DNA of 64,000 bases from positions 26,993 to 90,992 of the forward strand of contig JBBDNA010000006.1 in assembly GCA_040877915.1 (NCBI GenBank), read 5' to 3'. The DNA is from Dehalococcoidia bacterium. GTDB taxonomy: Bacteria; Chloroflexota; Dehalococcoidia; SM23-28-2; RBG-16-64-32. Under the pieces are notes generated by a model, which had not been told where the DNA came from, did not search any database, and saw only the letters and a program-made list of their open reading frames with translations. Numbering within the stretch: position 1 is the stretch's first letter; every line of letters starts with the position of its first letter. Both the position numbers and the translations under genes were made by a program. Shown here piece by piece: positions 27,853 through 36,362 of this stretch.

Positions 27853-30617
27853 GCCAGGAGATCCCTCTAAGGCGGCGCCGCCTCTCTCCGGCGCAGATCG
27901 TCCTCATCGCGGCGATCAGCGTCCTGGTGAGCGCCATCGCCGTGCTCGCCGTCCGCGCCTCCTCCCAGCTTAGCGGCACCGCCCGCGAGTTTGAGAACAC
28001 CGGCATTGTTACGACTAACATGGCTAACATCCAGCGTGAGCTGCTCCTGCTGGAGATAGAGTCGGAGCGGTTCGTCCACGGGCCCTCCGATGACCCCGCT
28101 CCAGTCGAGCTGCCCCGCAGCCTCCTGGCGAACCAGCTGCGCCGGGCCCAGATCCGCGCCGAGGACGACGGCGAGCTAAGGGGCGCGCTCTCCGACATTC
28201 AGAAAACGCTGGGCCGGTATGACGTAGAGCTAGCCGGGTTCTCCGCGGCCGGTACGCCGGAGGAGGCTGAGGCGAGCCACGAAGCGCTGGAGGCGACCCT
28301 GGCCTCGGCCGAGGAGCAGGTCAAGGCCCTCTACGATAAAGAGGAAGGCCAATTCTTCAGCGCCGTGAGCGCCGGCATCAGCGCGCAGCGGGCATCCCAC
28401 AGGCTCCTGCTGGTAGGCGGCGGAGTCTTGCTGGCCGTCAGCTTGGGCCTCGTCGTCTCTCTCGGCCGCAGCGTCAGCAGCGACTTCAAGCGAGCCTACC
28501 ACCGGGTCCAGGAGGAGCTCTCGCAACGGGAGCGGGCCCTGGCGGAGCTGGGGCGAAAGGAAGAGGAGTTCCGGACGCTGGCCAGCGTCTCTCCGGCCCT
28601 GATCTTCCGGGCCGACAGCGAGGGGAATTGCACCTATGTGAACGAGCGGTGGAGGGAGTTTTCCGGCCTGTCCCGGGGAGCGGCTCTGGGCAGGGGCTGG
28701 GCGGCCGCGCTCCACCCGGAGGACAGGGACCGGGTCATTGCCCAGTTTCTAGAGGCGGCAGAGAAGAGCGCCGTATGGCAGACGGAGTACCGCTTCGTTC
28801 GGCCGGACGGCAGCTGCGCCTGGGTAAAGGGAGCGGCAGCGCCCCAGAAGTCGGAGGACGGCTCCGTCGCCGGATACGTCGGTACCCTCCTGGACATCAC
28901 GGAAAGCAAGGCGGCCGAGCAAGCGATTCGTGAGAGCGAGGAGCGCTTCCGCCAGCTGTTGAACCAGGCCGCGGACGCTATCTTCGTAACCGACGCGCAA
29001 GGAAGGTTCGTCGACGTCAACGAGGCCGCCTGTCAGAGCCTGGGCTACACGCGCGAGGAACTGGTCACGATGACGGTGCAAGACATAGCCGACCCGCAGG
29101 TATATGCGAATGCGCGGGAGGCCCTTGCCGGCGGCGCCACGGCTACGATCGAGACGGACGAGCGCCGGAAGGATGGCTCCACTGTGCCCGTTGAAGTCCG
29201 GATCAGGTACATCCAGAGCCGTGGCCAGCGCTTCGGGCTGGCCATCGCCCGCGACGTCAGCGAGCGCAAGGAGAGCGAGGCCGCCCTGCAACGAGCGAAC
29301 CAGGAGCTGGAAGACGACCGGCGAGAGATAAAGGCCCTCAACCGCTCGCTGGAGGAGAAGGTCCGGCAGCGCACAGCCGAGCTTGAGGTCTCCAACCGCG
29401 AGCTCCGGGAGCGCAACCGGGAGCTGACGGACGTCCGTGTTCTGGCCGCGACCGACGCGCTTACCGGCTTGCCCAATCACCGCGCCTTCCACGAGACCAT
29501 CCGCAAGATCACCGAGGAGACGGAAGGCGCAGGCGCGCCCCTGAGCCTGCTGATGCTGGATATCGATGGGTTCAAGCGCATCAACGACTCGCAGGGCCAC
29601 CTGGTGGGCGATCAGGTCCTGCGCGAGATCGCGGCCAGCCTCACGCGGCACGTTACACGGGACCGCGCCTATCGCTACGGCGGCGACGAGTTCGCCGTCA
29701 TATTGCCGCGCACAGGCCGCCTCGAGGCCCTGCGCGTCGCCGATCGCATCCGCCGCTCGGTCGACCGCCAGGTCAGAGTCGACGGCCGCGGCGTCACCAT
29801 CAGCCTGGGCGCGGCGGCCTACCCGGAGTCCGCCGGCTCCGCCGAGGAGCTGATCTACGGCGCCGACGCGGCGATGTACTGGGCCAAATCCGCCGGCAAG
29901 AACCGCGTGGGCGACTGGAGCAAGCTCATCCGCAGGCGCGATGAGGACGCCACGCCCTGGTACGTGGGCGATCGCGCCGTCAGAGCCCCCGACGCCGTGG
30001 CCGCGCTCGTCGCCGCGCTCACGGCCAAGGACCCCAGCACGAGCGCGCACACCGACCGTTGCTCCTGGTACTCGGCGCAGCTCGCGCGGACGCTGGGCCT
30101 CAGTGAAGAGGAGATATCGACGATCCGCCTCGCCTCCCTGCTGCACGACGTCGGCAAGATAGGCGTGCCGGACGAGATCCTGTTCAAACCGGGGCCCCTG
30201 AACGAGGATGAGTGGGCCGAGATGAAGAAGCACCCGGCGGCCGCTCTACACGTCCTGCGAGAGGTCCGGGCCATCACGGACGCCACTCCCGCCATCCTTC
30301 ACCACCACGAGCACTTCGACGGCTCCGGCTACCCCGACGGGCTGAAGGGCGAGAATATCCCCATCGCCTCACGGATACTGCTGGTAACGGACGCCTTTGA
30401 CGCCATGACCACTGACCGGCCCTACCGAAAGGCGATGCCCATCGAGCACGCCATCGGGGAGCTAACGCGTAACAAGGGTAGCCAGTTCGACCCCAGGATC
30501 GTCGACGCCTTCCTCAAGATAATCGAAGGCTCCGGGGTTTACGAGCCGCACTCTCACGAGAGCGATGGCACGCCTTCCGGGGCGCAGCCGTCTCTGGCGG
30601 GGGGGAACGCGGGGTAG
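27849..30617 (+). CDS. Membrane-anchored PAS/PAC - GGDEF - HD-GYP cyclic-di-GMP signalling protein
   Basis: ATGA-coupled to the lipoprotein gene. Has one TM, coiled coils, about three PAS/PAC repeats, an intact GGDEF site (RYGGDEF) and an HD-GYP domain (HDVGKIGVPDEIL...HHHEHFDGSGYP). Confidence 0.85.
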   Translation: MSQEIPLRRRRLSPAQIVLIAAISVLVSAIAVLAVRASSQLSGTAREFENTGIVTTNMANIQRELLLLEIESERFVHGPSDDPAPVELPRSLLANQLRRAQIRAEDDGELRGALSDIQKTLGRYDVELAGFSAAGTPEEAEASHEALEATLASAEEQVKALYDKEEGQFFSAVSAGISAQRASHRLLLVGGGVLLAVSLGLVVSLGRSVSSDFKRAYHRVQEELSQRERALAELGRKEEEFRTLASVSPALIFRADSEGNCTYVNERWREFSGLSRGAALGRGWAAALHPEDRDRVIAQFLEAAEKSAVWQTEYRFVRPDGSCAWVKGAAAPQKSEDGSVAGYVGTLLDITESKAAEQAIRESEERFRQLLNQAADAIFVTDAQGRFVDVNEAACQSLGYTREELVTMTVQDIADPQVYANAREALAGGATATIETDERRKDGSTVPVEVRIRYIQSRGQRFGLAIARDVSERKESEAALQRANQELEDDRREIKALNRSLEEKVRQRTAELEVSNRELRERNRELTDVRVLAATDALTGLPNHRAFHETIRKITEETEGAGAPLSLLMLDIDGFKRINDSQGHLVGDQVLREIAASLTRHVTRDRAYRYGGDEFAVILPRTGRLEALRVADRIRRSVDRQVRVDGRGVTISLGAAAYPESAGSAEELIYGADAAMYWAKSAGKNRVGDWSKLIRRRDEDATPWYVGDRAVRAPDAVAALVAALTAKDPSTSAHTDRCSWYSAQLARTLGLSEEEISTIRLASLLHDVGKIGVPDEILFKPGPLNEDEWAEMKKHPAAALHVLREVRAITDATPAILHHHEHFDGSGYPDGLKGENIPIASRILLVTDAFDAMTTDRPYRKAMPIEHAIGELTRNKGSQFDPRIVDAFLKIIEGSGVYEPHSHESDGTPSGAQPSLAGGNAG

Positions 30618-30627
30618 CGGCGGCGGC

Positions 30628-31773
30628 CTAAAGGCGGCGCAGGACGGGCCGCGGCAGCCTGGCCCGCAGGTACTCGGCCAGCGCCTTCACGTAGCGCGCC
30701 CCGCTCTGGCGCACCATGTAGTGGCCGCGCTCGCTGTGCCAGAAGCCGGCGCTGCGGCCTATCTCAGCCAGGATGTCGCCCATCTTCTCCTGCGAGAAGT
30801 CGTCGGCGCTGCGGCACAGCTCCAGGACATCCGGTAGCACCTGGTGCAGGGCGCCGGCCCCCAGCGGCTTCTGGATCACGTATTCCTTCGGATCGTCGAA
30901 CGCGCTTTGCCAGCGCTCCCGCGCCGCCCGCCAGTAGTTGAGCAGCAGCTTCCCCGCTTCCTCGTCCGTCAACCGCTTGACGAAGCCGTCCCGCACAACG
31001 GGGTCCAAAGACGACACCATACTGTGCTGTCGCATCAGGTGGCTGGGGCGCCGCTTCTCGCCCGGCATCAGGATGATCCCGTACCAGGGGCTGGAGGTAT
31101 CGCCGTTGAGGATGTCGCACAGCTTCGTGGCGCGACCGCGCAGGAAGTTCTTCTCCCCTTCCCGCTCCAGCAGCGTCGCCCCCTCGGACTCCAGCATTGT
31201 GAGCAGGTGGCGGTCGACGACGTCCGTGGGCACGCCCTTCTGGCGGGTGTTGATCACGTGGAAGTAGCGCATCTCCTCGTAGGCGTCTATCCCCTCGACG
31301 ATGGTCACCGGCAGGGGGTACTCGCTGAGCCAGCCGGCGTTGTCCTTGGTCAGAGCCATCTGCAGCCCGAACAGCCGGTGCTGGCCGTCCACCAGCCACA
31401 TGTCCACGCTGGCCGGGATCGTCAGCATCCCGGGTTCACCGCTGGCGCCGTCGAAGCCGGCCGGCTCGAAGGTGGCGCGGTCGGGCTGCCGGATGCACAG
31501 CAGCAGCGAGGTTGGCAGCACCCCTTCTTCGTGCCGCATGTAGGAGGACACCTGTCGCAGCCGCGACTGTGTGAGGGGACGCTGGTAGCCCTGCTTGCGG
31601 TCGTGCCTGTACGTATCGGGCCGGCAGCGGCCCAGGAGGTCCCTGAGCGGGAAGACGGCGGCATAGAGGTTGACGTCCGGCCTCTTCTGGCGGAACCGCA
31701 CGGCGAAGGCGCGCAGTACCGTTCGCGCGTCCGTCTGCTGGGTCTGTTGCGCAGCCGAGGTAGGGGATGTCAT
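30628..31773 (-). CDS. DGQHR-domain protein (DndB-like, ParB/Srx-fold) - orphan
   Basis: Motif MWLVDGQHRLFGL plus an upstream GYQRPL, 381 aa. No dndACDE, ssp or pbe partner genes in the window. Divergent from the second nrdJ. Confidence 0.7.
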   Translation of the reverse strand: MTSPTSAAQQTQQTDARTVLRAFAVRFRQKRPDVNLYAAVFPLRDLLGRCRPDTYRHDRKQGYQRPLTQSRLRQVSSYMRHEEGVLPTSLLLCIRQPDRATFEPAGFDGASGEPGMLTIPASVDMWLVDGQHRLFGLQMALTKDNAGWLSEYPLPVTIVEGIDAYEEMRYFHVINTRQKGVPTDVVDRHLLTMLESEGATLLEREGEKNFLRGRATKLCDILNGDTSSPWYGIILMPGEKRRPSHLMRQHSMVSSLDPVVRDGFVKRLTDEEAGKLLLNYWRAARERWQSAFDDPKEYVIQKPLGAGALHQVLPDVLELCRSADDFSQEKMGDILAEIGRSAGFWHSERGHYMVRQSGARYVKALAEYLRARLPRPVLRRL

Positions 31774-31850
31774 AGCCTTCTCCTATATCTGCAAGCGCCT
31801 GTGGTAAACGTCAGGCTGAGCGAGCGATTTTCCTTCTGGGGCGCGGGTTT

Positions 31851-31861
31851 CTGGCAGAATT
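31851..31861 (+). promoter_or_regulatory. Palindrome TTCTGgCAGAA in the DGQHR/nrdJ2 divergent intergenic region
   Basis: Perfect inverted repeat about 20 nt upstream of the extended -10 gTGcTATACT (31881..31886) of nrdJ2. It shares CAGA/TCTG half-sites with the nrdJ1 palindrome. Confidence 0.35.
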
Positions 31862-31899
31862 CCCGTCGACTTGCCGGTGCTATACTTAGGATTGCCACC

Positions 31900-34311
31900 A
31901 TGACTATACGCCAACCGAGCGGCGAGGCCAAGATACCCTTTTCCGAAAACGCCCGCCTTGTCCTGGAGCGGCGCTACCTGGCCAGGGACGCGGACGGACG
32001 GCCCGCTGAGACCCCTGAGCAGATGCTCCGCCGCGTCGCCCACAACGTGGCCCAGGCCGAGCGTTCTTACAAGCCGCTCGAGGCTATCGACGACGCCGCG
32101 CGCTGGGAAGAGCGCTTCTACGAGCTGATGGCGCGGCTGGAGTTCCTCCCCAACTCGCCGACCTTGATGAACGCCGGCCGCGAGCTGCAGCAGCTCTCCG
32201 CCTGCTTCGTGCTCCCCGTCCCCGATAGCATCGAGGGCATATTCCAGGCGATCAAGGACACCGCCCGCATCCACCAGTCCGGTGGCGGCACCGGCTTCGC
32301 CTTCTCCCGTCTGCGGCCCGAAGGCGACCGCGTCCAATCGACGATGGGCGTGGCCTCCGGACCGGTCTCGTTCATCAAGGTGTTCGACGCCGCTACCGAG
32401 GCCATCAAGCAAGGCGGTACCCGCCGCGGCGCCAACATGGGCATCCTGGCCGTAACCCACCCCGACATCGAGAAGTTCATCACGCTCAAGAGCGACATGC
32501 GCACGCTCACCAACTTCAACATCTCCGTGGCCCTGACCGAGGAGTTCATGACCGCCGTGGAAGAGGACCGCGAGTACGAGCTGGTGAACCCCCGCAGCGG
32601 CGAGAGCGCCGGCCAGCGCCGCGCCCGCCACGTCTTCGACCTGCTGGTGGCCAACGCCTGGCGCAACGGCGACCCCGGCATCGTGTTTATCGACCGCATC
32701 AACCGCGACAACCCTACCCCAAACGTTGGCGAGATCGAGGCTACGAACCCCTGCGGCGAGCAGCCGCTGCTCCCCTACGAGTCCTGCAACCTCGGCTCCC
32801 TCAACCTCGCCAGGTTCGTCCGCGGCAACGGCTCGAAGAGCAAGCTCGACTGGAAGCGCCTCGCCGAGGTCATCCCCCAGTGCGTCCGCTTCCTCGACGA
32901 CGTCATCGACGTCAACCGCTACCCGATCGAGGAGATCGACCAGGCCACGAAGCTCACCCGCAAGATCGGCCTGGGCGTGATGGGCTGGCACGACGCCCTC
33001 CTCCAGCTCGGCGTGCCCTACGACTCCGAGGAGGCGCTGGCCCTGGGCGAGGAGGTGATGCGCTTCGTCCAGGAGAAGGCCAACGAGGCGTCGCTGGACC
33101 TAGGCCGCGAGCGCGGGACCTTCCTCGCCTTCGAAGGCTCCCGCTACGACCCGCACAACCCCTACCGCAACTCGACGCGCACCACCGTCGCCCCCACCGG
33201 CACGCTGTCCATCATCGCCGCCTGCTCGTCGGGCATCGAGCCGCTGTTCTCGCTCGCCTACACCCGCCGCCACTACCTCGACCCCGACGACCCCTCGAAG
33301 CTCACGGAGCTGACCGAGGCCAACGAGCACTTCGTCCGCGTCGCGAAGGCCGAGGGGTTTTACTCCGACGACCTGATGCAGCAGCTGGCGGCCGGCGGCA
33401 GCCTGCGCGACCGCGACGACGTCCCCGACGCCGCCAAGCGGCTGTTCGTCACCGCGCACGACATCTCGCCGGAGTGGCACGTGCGCATGCAGGCCGCCTT
33501 CCAGCGCCACACCGATAACGCCGTCTCCAAGACGATCAACTTCCCCTTCGCCGCCACAGAGGCCGACGTGGCCTCCGCCTACTGGCTGGCCTTCCGCGAG
33601 GGCTGCAAGGGGATGACGATCTACCGCGAGGGCTCCCGCCCGTTCTCGGTGCTGTCGCACGCGGCGCTGAACGTCAAGGGCCCGGAGCAGGAGACCGAAG
33701 AGGCGCTGGCCGAGATCGAGGGGATCATCGCCACGACGGAGCGGCCGCGCCCCTACCGCCAGCACCTCCCCGACGAGCGGCGTTCGATCACGCACAAGTT
33801 CCGCGTCGGCGACCAGGAGGGGTACATCACCGCCGGCCTGTACGAGGACGGCCGCCCGGGCGAGATCTTCGTGAAGATCGCCAAGGAGGGGTCGACGGTG
33901 TCGGGGCTGATGGACGCCGTGGCCCTGCTGACCTCCGTGACGCTGCAGTACGGCGTGCCGGTGCAGGACCTGGCCCGCAAGCTGAAGAACACCCGCTTCG
34001 AGCCCTACGGCCGCACCAACAACCCGGACATCCCCTGGGCGACCTCGGTCGTCGACTACGTGTTCCGCTGGCTGGAGCGCAAGTTCTCGCCGGAGACCGC
34101 CGGCGCCGACGCCTCCGCCCACCCAGCACCCCCGCTCGCCCTGAGCGAGTCGAAGGGCCGAGCCAACCCCGCTCACCCTGAGCCTGTCGAAGGGGGAGCG
34201 GGGCGACGCGCCGAGGCCACCGGCCTGGGCTGCCCGGACTGCGGCGCCCTGCTGGTGTACCAGGAGGGGTGCCTGGTCTGCCGCTCCTGCGGCTTCAACA
34301 AGTGCGGGTAG
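31900..34311 (+). CDS. nrdJ: Class II (adenosylcobalamin-dependent) ribonucleotide reductase, short paralog (803 aa)
   Basis: Start trimmed to ATG 31900 (MTIRQPSGEAKIPFSENARLVLERRYL). The ORF-track N-extension overlaps the DGQHR gene on the opposite strand. The core is paralogous to 24252..27119 and carries a C-terminal CPDCGALLVYQEGCLVCRSCGFNKCG zinc ribbon. Confidence 0.85.
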   Translation: MTIRQPSGEAKIPFSENARLVLERRYLARDADGRPAETPEQMLRRVAHNVAQAERSYKPLEAIDDAARWEERFYELMARLEFLPNSPTLMNAGRELQQLSACFVLPVPDSIEGIFQAIKDTARIHQSGGGTGFAFSRLRPEGDRVQSTMGVASGPVSFIKVFDAATEAIKQGGTRRGANMGILAVTHPDIEKFITLKSDMRTLTNFNISVALTEEFMTAVEEDREYELVNPRSGESAGQRRARHVFDLLVANAWRNGDPGIVFIDRINRDNPTPNVGEIEATNPCGEQPLLPYESCNLGSLNLARFVRGNGSKSKLDWKRLAEVIPQCVRFLDDVIDVNRYPIEEIDQATKLTRKIGLGVMGWHDALLQLGVPYDSEEALALGEEVMRFVQEKANEASLDLGRERGTFLAFEGSRYDPHNPYRNSTRTTVAPTGTLSIIAACSSGIEPLFSLAYTRRHYLDPDDPSKLTELTEANEHFVRVAKAEGFYSDDLMQQLAAGGSLRDRDDVPDAAKRLFVTAHDISPEWHVRMQAAFQRHTDNAVSKTINFPFAATEADVASAYWLAFREGCKGMTIYREGSRPFSVLSHAALNVKGPEQETEEALAEIEGIIATTERPRPYRQHLPDERRSITHKFRVGDQEGYITAGLYEDGRPGEIFVKIAKEGSTVSGLMDAVALLTSVTLQYGVPVQDLARKLKNTRFEPYGRTNNPDIPWATSVVDYVFRWLERKFSPETAGADASAHPAPPLALSESKGRANPAHPEPVEGGAGRRAEATGLGCPDCGALLVYQEGCLVCRSCGFNKCG

Positions 34312-34390
34312 ATTGACTTCTTAGAACATCCGCCCTAAACTCGAGCAAGCGAAGCGCCTCACGTTTCGGTGTCCTACCGGGAGTCGCCGC

Positions 34391-35383
34391 ATGATCGAAA
34401 GACTCGAAGGGTTTGCCCTCCTAGACCTCATGAGGAAATTGCCTGAGCAGTCGAAGTATGACTGCAAGAGAGATCTTACTCTCGACAGCCACGACCGAAA
34501 GGCGGAGCTGATCAAAGACATCACCAGTATCGCGAACGCGCACGGAGACGAGGTGGGCTACCTTTTCTTCGGTGTTGATCCAGTAAGTAGCGAACTCGCG
34601 GTTGGTATCACCCAGCGCCATGACGACGCGACTCTTCAGCAAATAGTGAATTCGAAACTGGAGCGGCCCGTCTCCTTCCTGTACTACGAAACTGAGGTGA
34701 ACGGTAGCTGGGTGGGAGTAGCTGTGATTCCGCCGAGTATCACCCGTCCGCACATCATTAAGGCGCAGTACGGGAGGCTTCGCGCGGGTCAGATTCCCAT
34801 ACGCAGGGGCTCAAGCACGACGTGGGCAACCAGCGAGGACCTCCAACTGATGCTGGAACGCCAGCGTGCTCGGGAGTCCCAAGGTCAGGATATAGCTGAA
34901 CTCGTGCGAAGAGCCGGGGATCCCGCTGTGCCCGTGGCACAACTTGCTCTCGAAGTATGGCAGCTAGGATCGCAGGTCGCGCCGCCCGAACATCTTGAAT
35001 GGCTACGCCTGGAAATCGCTGGGTTCAAGACGGGAAGCGTGGTGCCTGATTACCGTGAAGTAGCCGGCCACGTCTCTGTCTTTGAAATAAATCTGAAAGC
35101 ACTGTCCTTCCACAATCTCGATTCCATCGTTCAGACTGAGCCAGATAAATTCAAGGAGGTGCCCCTGAGACTAGGGCAGTCAATCGCTGAGCTAGAGGAC
35201 ATGCTCGGCCCTGATGGATCGGGCCAGGGCGCGGGATTTTTCCAGACTCGGCGTCAGTTCGAGACGCAGAACGGGGAGGCTGTGGAGGCATACCTCTACT
35301 TCAAGCCTAGTGCTGTCAGACGAGTCGTCACATTGATAAGGAATCGCATTGCGCGTTTCCTTATGACGCTTCATGCAAGTTAA
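34391..35383 (+). CDS. AlbA_2 / Schlafen-like divergent AAA-ATPase-fold domain protein (low-GC)
   Basis: DITSIANAHGDEVGYLFFGVDPVSSELAVGI fits the AlbA_2 (PF04326) core (AFANt.GGyliiGVdd). GC about 52% vs about 68% elsewhere. C-terminal half has no recognisable domain. Confidence 0.5.
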   Translation: MIERLEGFALLDLMRKLPEQSKYDCKRDLTLDSHDRKAELIKDITSIANAHGDEVGYLFFGVDPVSSELAVGITQRHDDATLQQIVNSKLERPVSFLYYETEVNGSWVGVAVIPPSITRPHIIKAQYGRLRAGQIPIRRGSSTTWATSEDLQLMLERQRARESQGQDIAELVRRAGDPAVPVAQLALEVWQLGSQVAPPEHLEWLRLEIAGFKTGSVVPDYREVAGHVSVFEINLKALSFHNLDSIVQTEPDKFKEVPLRLGQSIAELEDMLGPDGSGQGAGFFQTRRQFETQNGEAVEAYLYFKPSAVRRVVTLIRNRIARFLMTLHAS

Positions 35384-35466
35384 CACTTACAAGACGCCCT
35401 CAAACGGAGTTCGGCGAACCCTGGAAGCTAATCGGAAAACAAACGCCCCCTGCTATACTCCTCCCC

Positions 35467-35841
35467 GTGAAGGTCCATCGCATCTCACCCGACGCGCTGC
35501 AGCCGGGCGGCGACGAGTACTTCATCGGCGAGGCGAGGGTGCAACCGCTGCTCGGCGAGGCGGACGGCATCGACATCGTCGTCGTGTCGTTCAGCCCCGG
35601 GGCGCGCACGTACCTCCACGCCCACGAGGCGCCGCAGGTGCTGCACTGCCTCGAGGGCCGCGGCATCCTGGCGACGGAGCACGAGCGCAACTTCGTCGGG
35701 CCGGGCGACGTCGTCCACGTCCCTGCCGGCGAGATGCACTGGCACGGCGCCACGGAGGACGGCGCCTTCACCCACCTCTCGATCCGCCCCCTCGGCGGCA
35801 CCCGCTGGACCAAGACGGACGCGCTGGCGGACGAACCCTAG
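35467..35841 (+). CDS. Cupin-domain protein
   Basis: 124 aa with YLHAHEAPQVLHCLEGRGIL...GDVVHVPAGEMHWHG, cupin motifs 1 and 2. Extended -10 TGCTATACT sits 7 nt upstream of the GTG (leaderless). Confidence 0.7.
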   Translation: MKVHRISPDALQPGGDEYFIGEARVQPLLGEADGIDIVVVSFSPGARTYLHAHEAPQVLHCLEGRGILATEHERNFVGPGDVVHVPAGEMHWHGATEDGAFTHLSIRPLGGTRWTKTDALADEP

Positions 35842-35889
35842 CCTCCCTGCTATACTCCCCCTAAACCCACGAACACAGAGGGAGGCCCC

Positions 35890-36198
35890 ATGAACACCGT
35901 CATCGCCAGCTTCAAGATCAAGCCCGACAAGCAGTCGGAGGCGGAGGAGGCGCTGCGCGAGATGGGCGAGGCCGTGGAGGCGAACGAGCCCGGCGCCCTG
36001 GCCTACGCCATCCACCGCAACCAGAAGGACCCCACGGAGATCGTCTTCTTCGAGATGTACACGGACGGCGACGCCTTCAAGGCCCACACCGCCTCGCCCC
36101 ACTTCCAGGCGCTGCAGGTGAAGCTGGCCCAGCTGGCCGACCTCTCCACCGTCAAGATCGACCGCCTGGAGCGGTTCGCCGGGTTCGTCCGCGGCTAG
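35890..36198 (+). CDS. Antibiotic-biosynthesis-monooxygenase (ABM/Dabb) domain protein
   Basis: 102 aa, IASFKIKPDKQSEAEEALREMGEAVEANEPGALAYAIH...EMYTDGDAFKAH. Same TGCTATACT promoter element upstream, plus a GGGAGG RBS. Confidence 0.7.
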   Translation: MNTVIASFKIKPDKQSEAEEALREMGEAVEANEPGALAYAIHRNQKDPTEIVFFEMYTDGDAFKAHTASPHFQALQVKLAQLADLSTVKIDRLERFAGFVRG

Positions 36199-36286
36199 GC
36201 AGCGAAGTCCTTCGACCCTTCGGCCCCGCTCAGGGCAGGCAGGCTCAGGACGAACGGTTCCCGATTCCGCAGGCAGTCTAACGTCG

Positions 36287-36362
36287 TAGGTCGGGGTCTT
36301 CAGACCCCGACTTGCGGGGGTCTGAATAGCCCCGCCTACGTGTCGGGTTCGGACCCCGACCT
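36287..36362. repeat. Compound palindromic element between convergent genes
   Basis: Outer inverted repeat GTAGGTCGGGGTC (36287..36299) / GACCCCGACCTAC (36350..36362) with an inner hairpin (GTCGGGGTC-ttca-GACCCCGAC). Probably a bidirectional terminator or REP-like element. Confidence 0.45.

Noticed and set aside
30844-31899. 352-codon N-terminal extension of nrdJ2 in the ORF track
   Set aside because: It overlaps the DGQHR gene on the other strand and has no RNR similarity. The conserved RNR N-terminus starts at ATG 31900 behind a TGCTATACT promoter.
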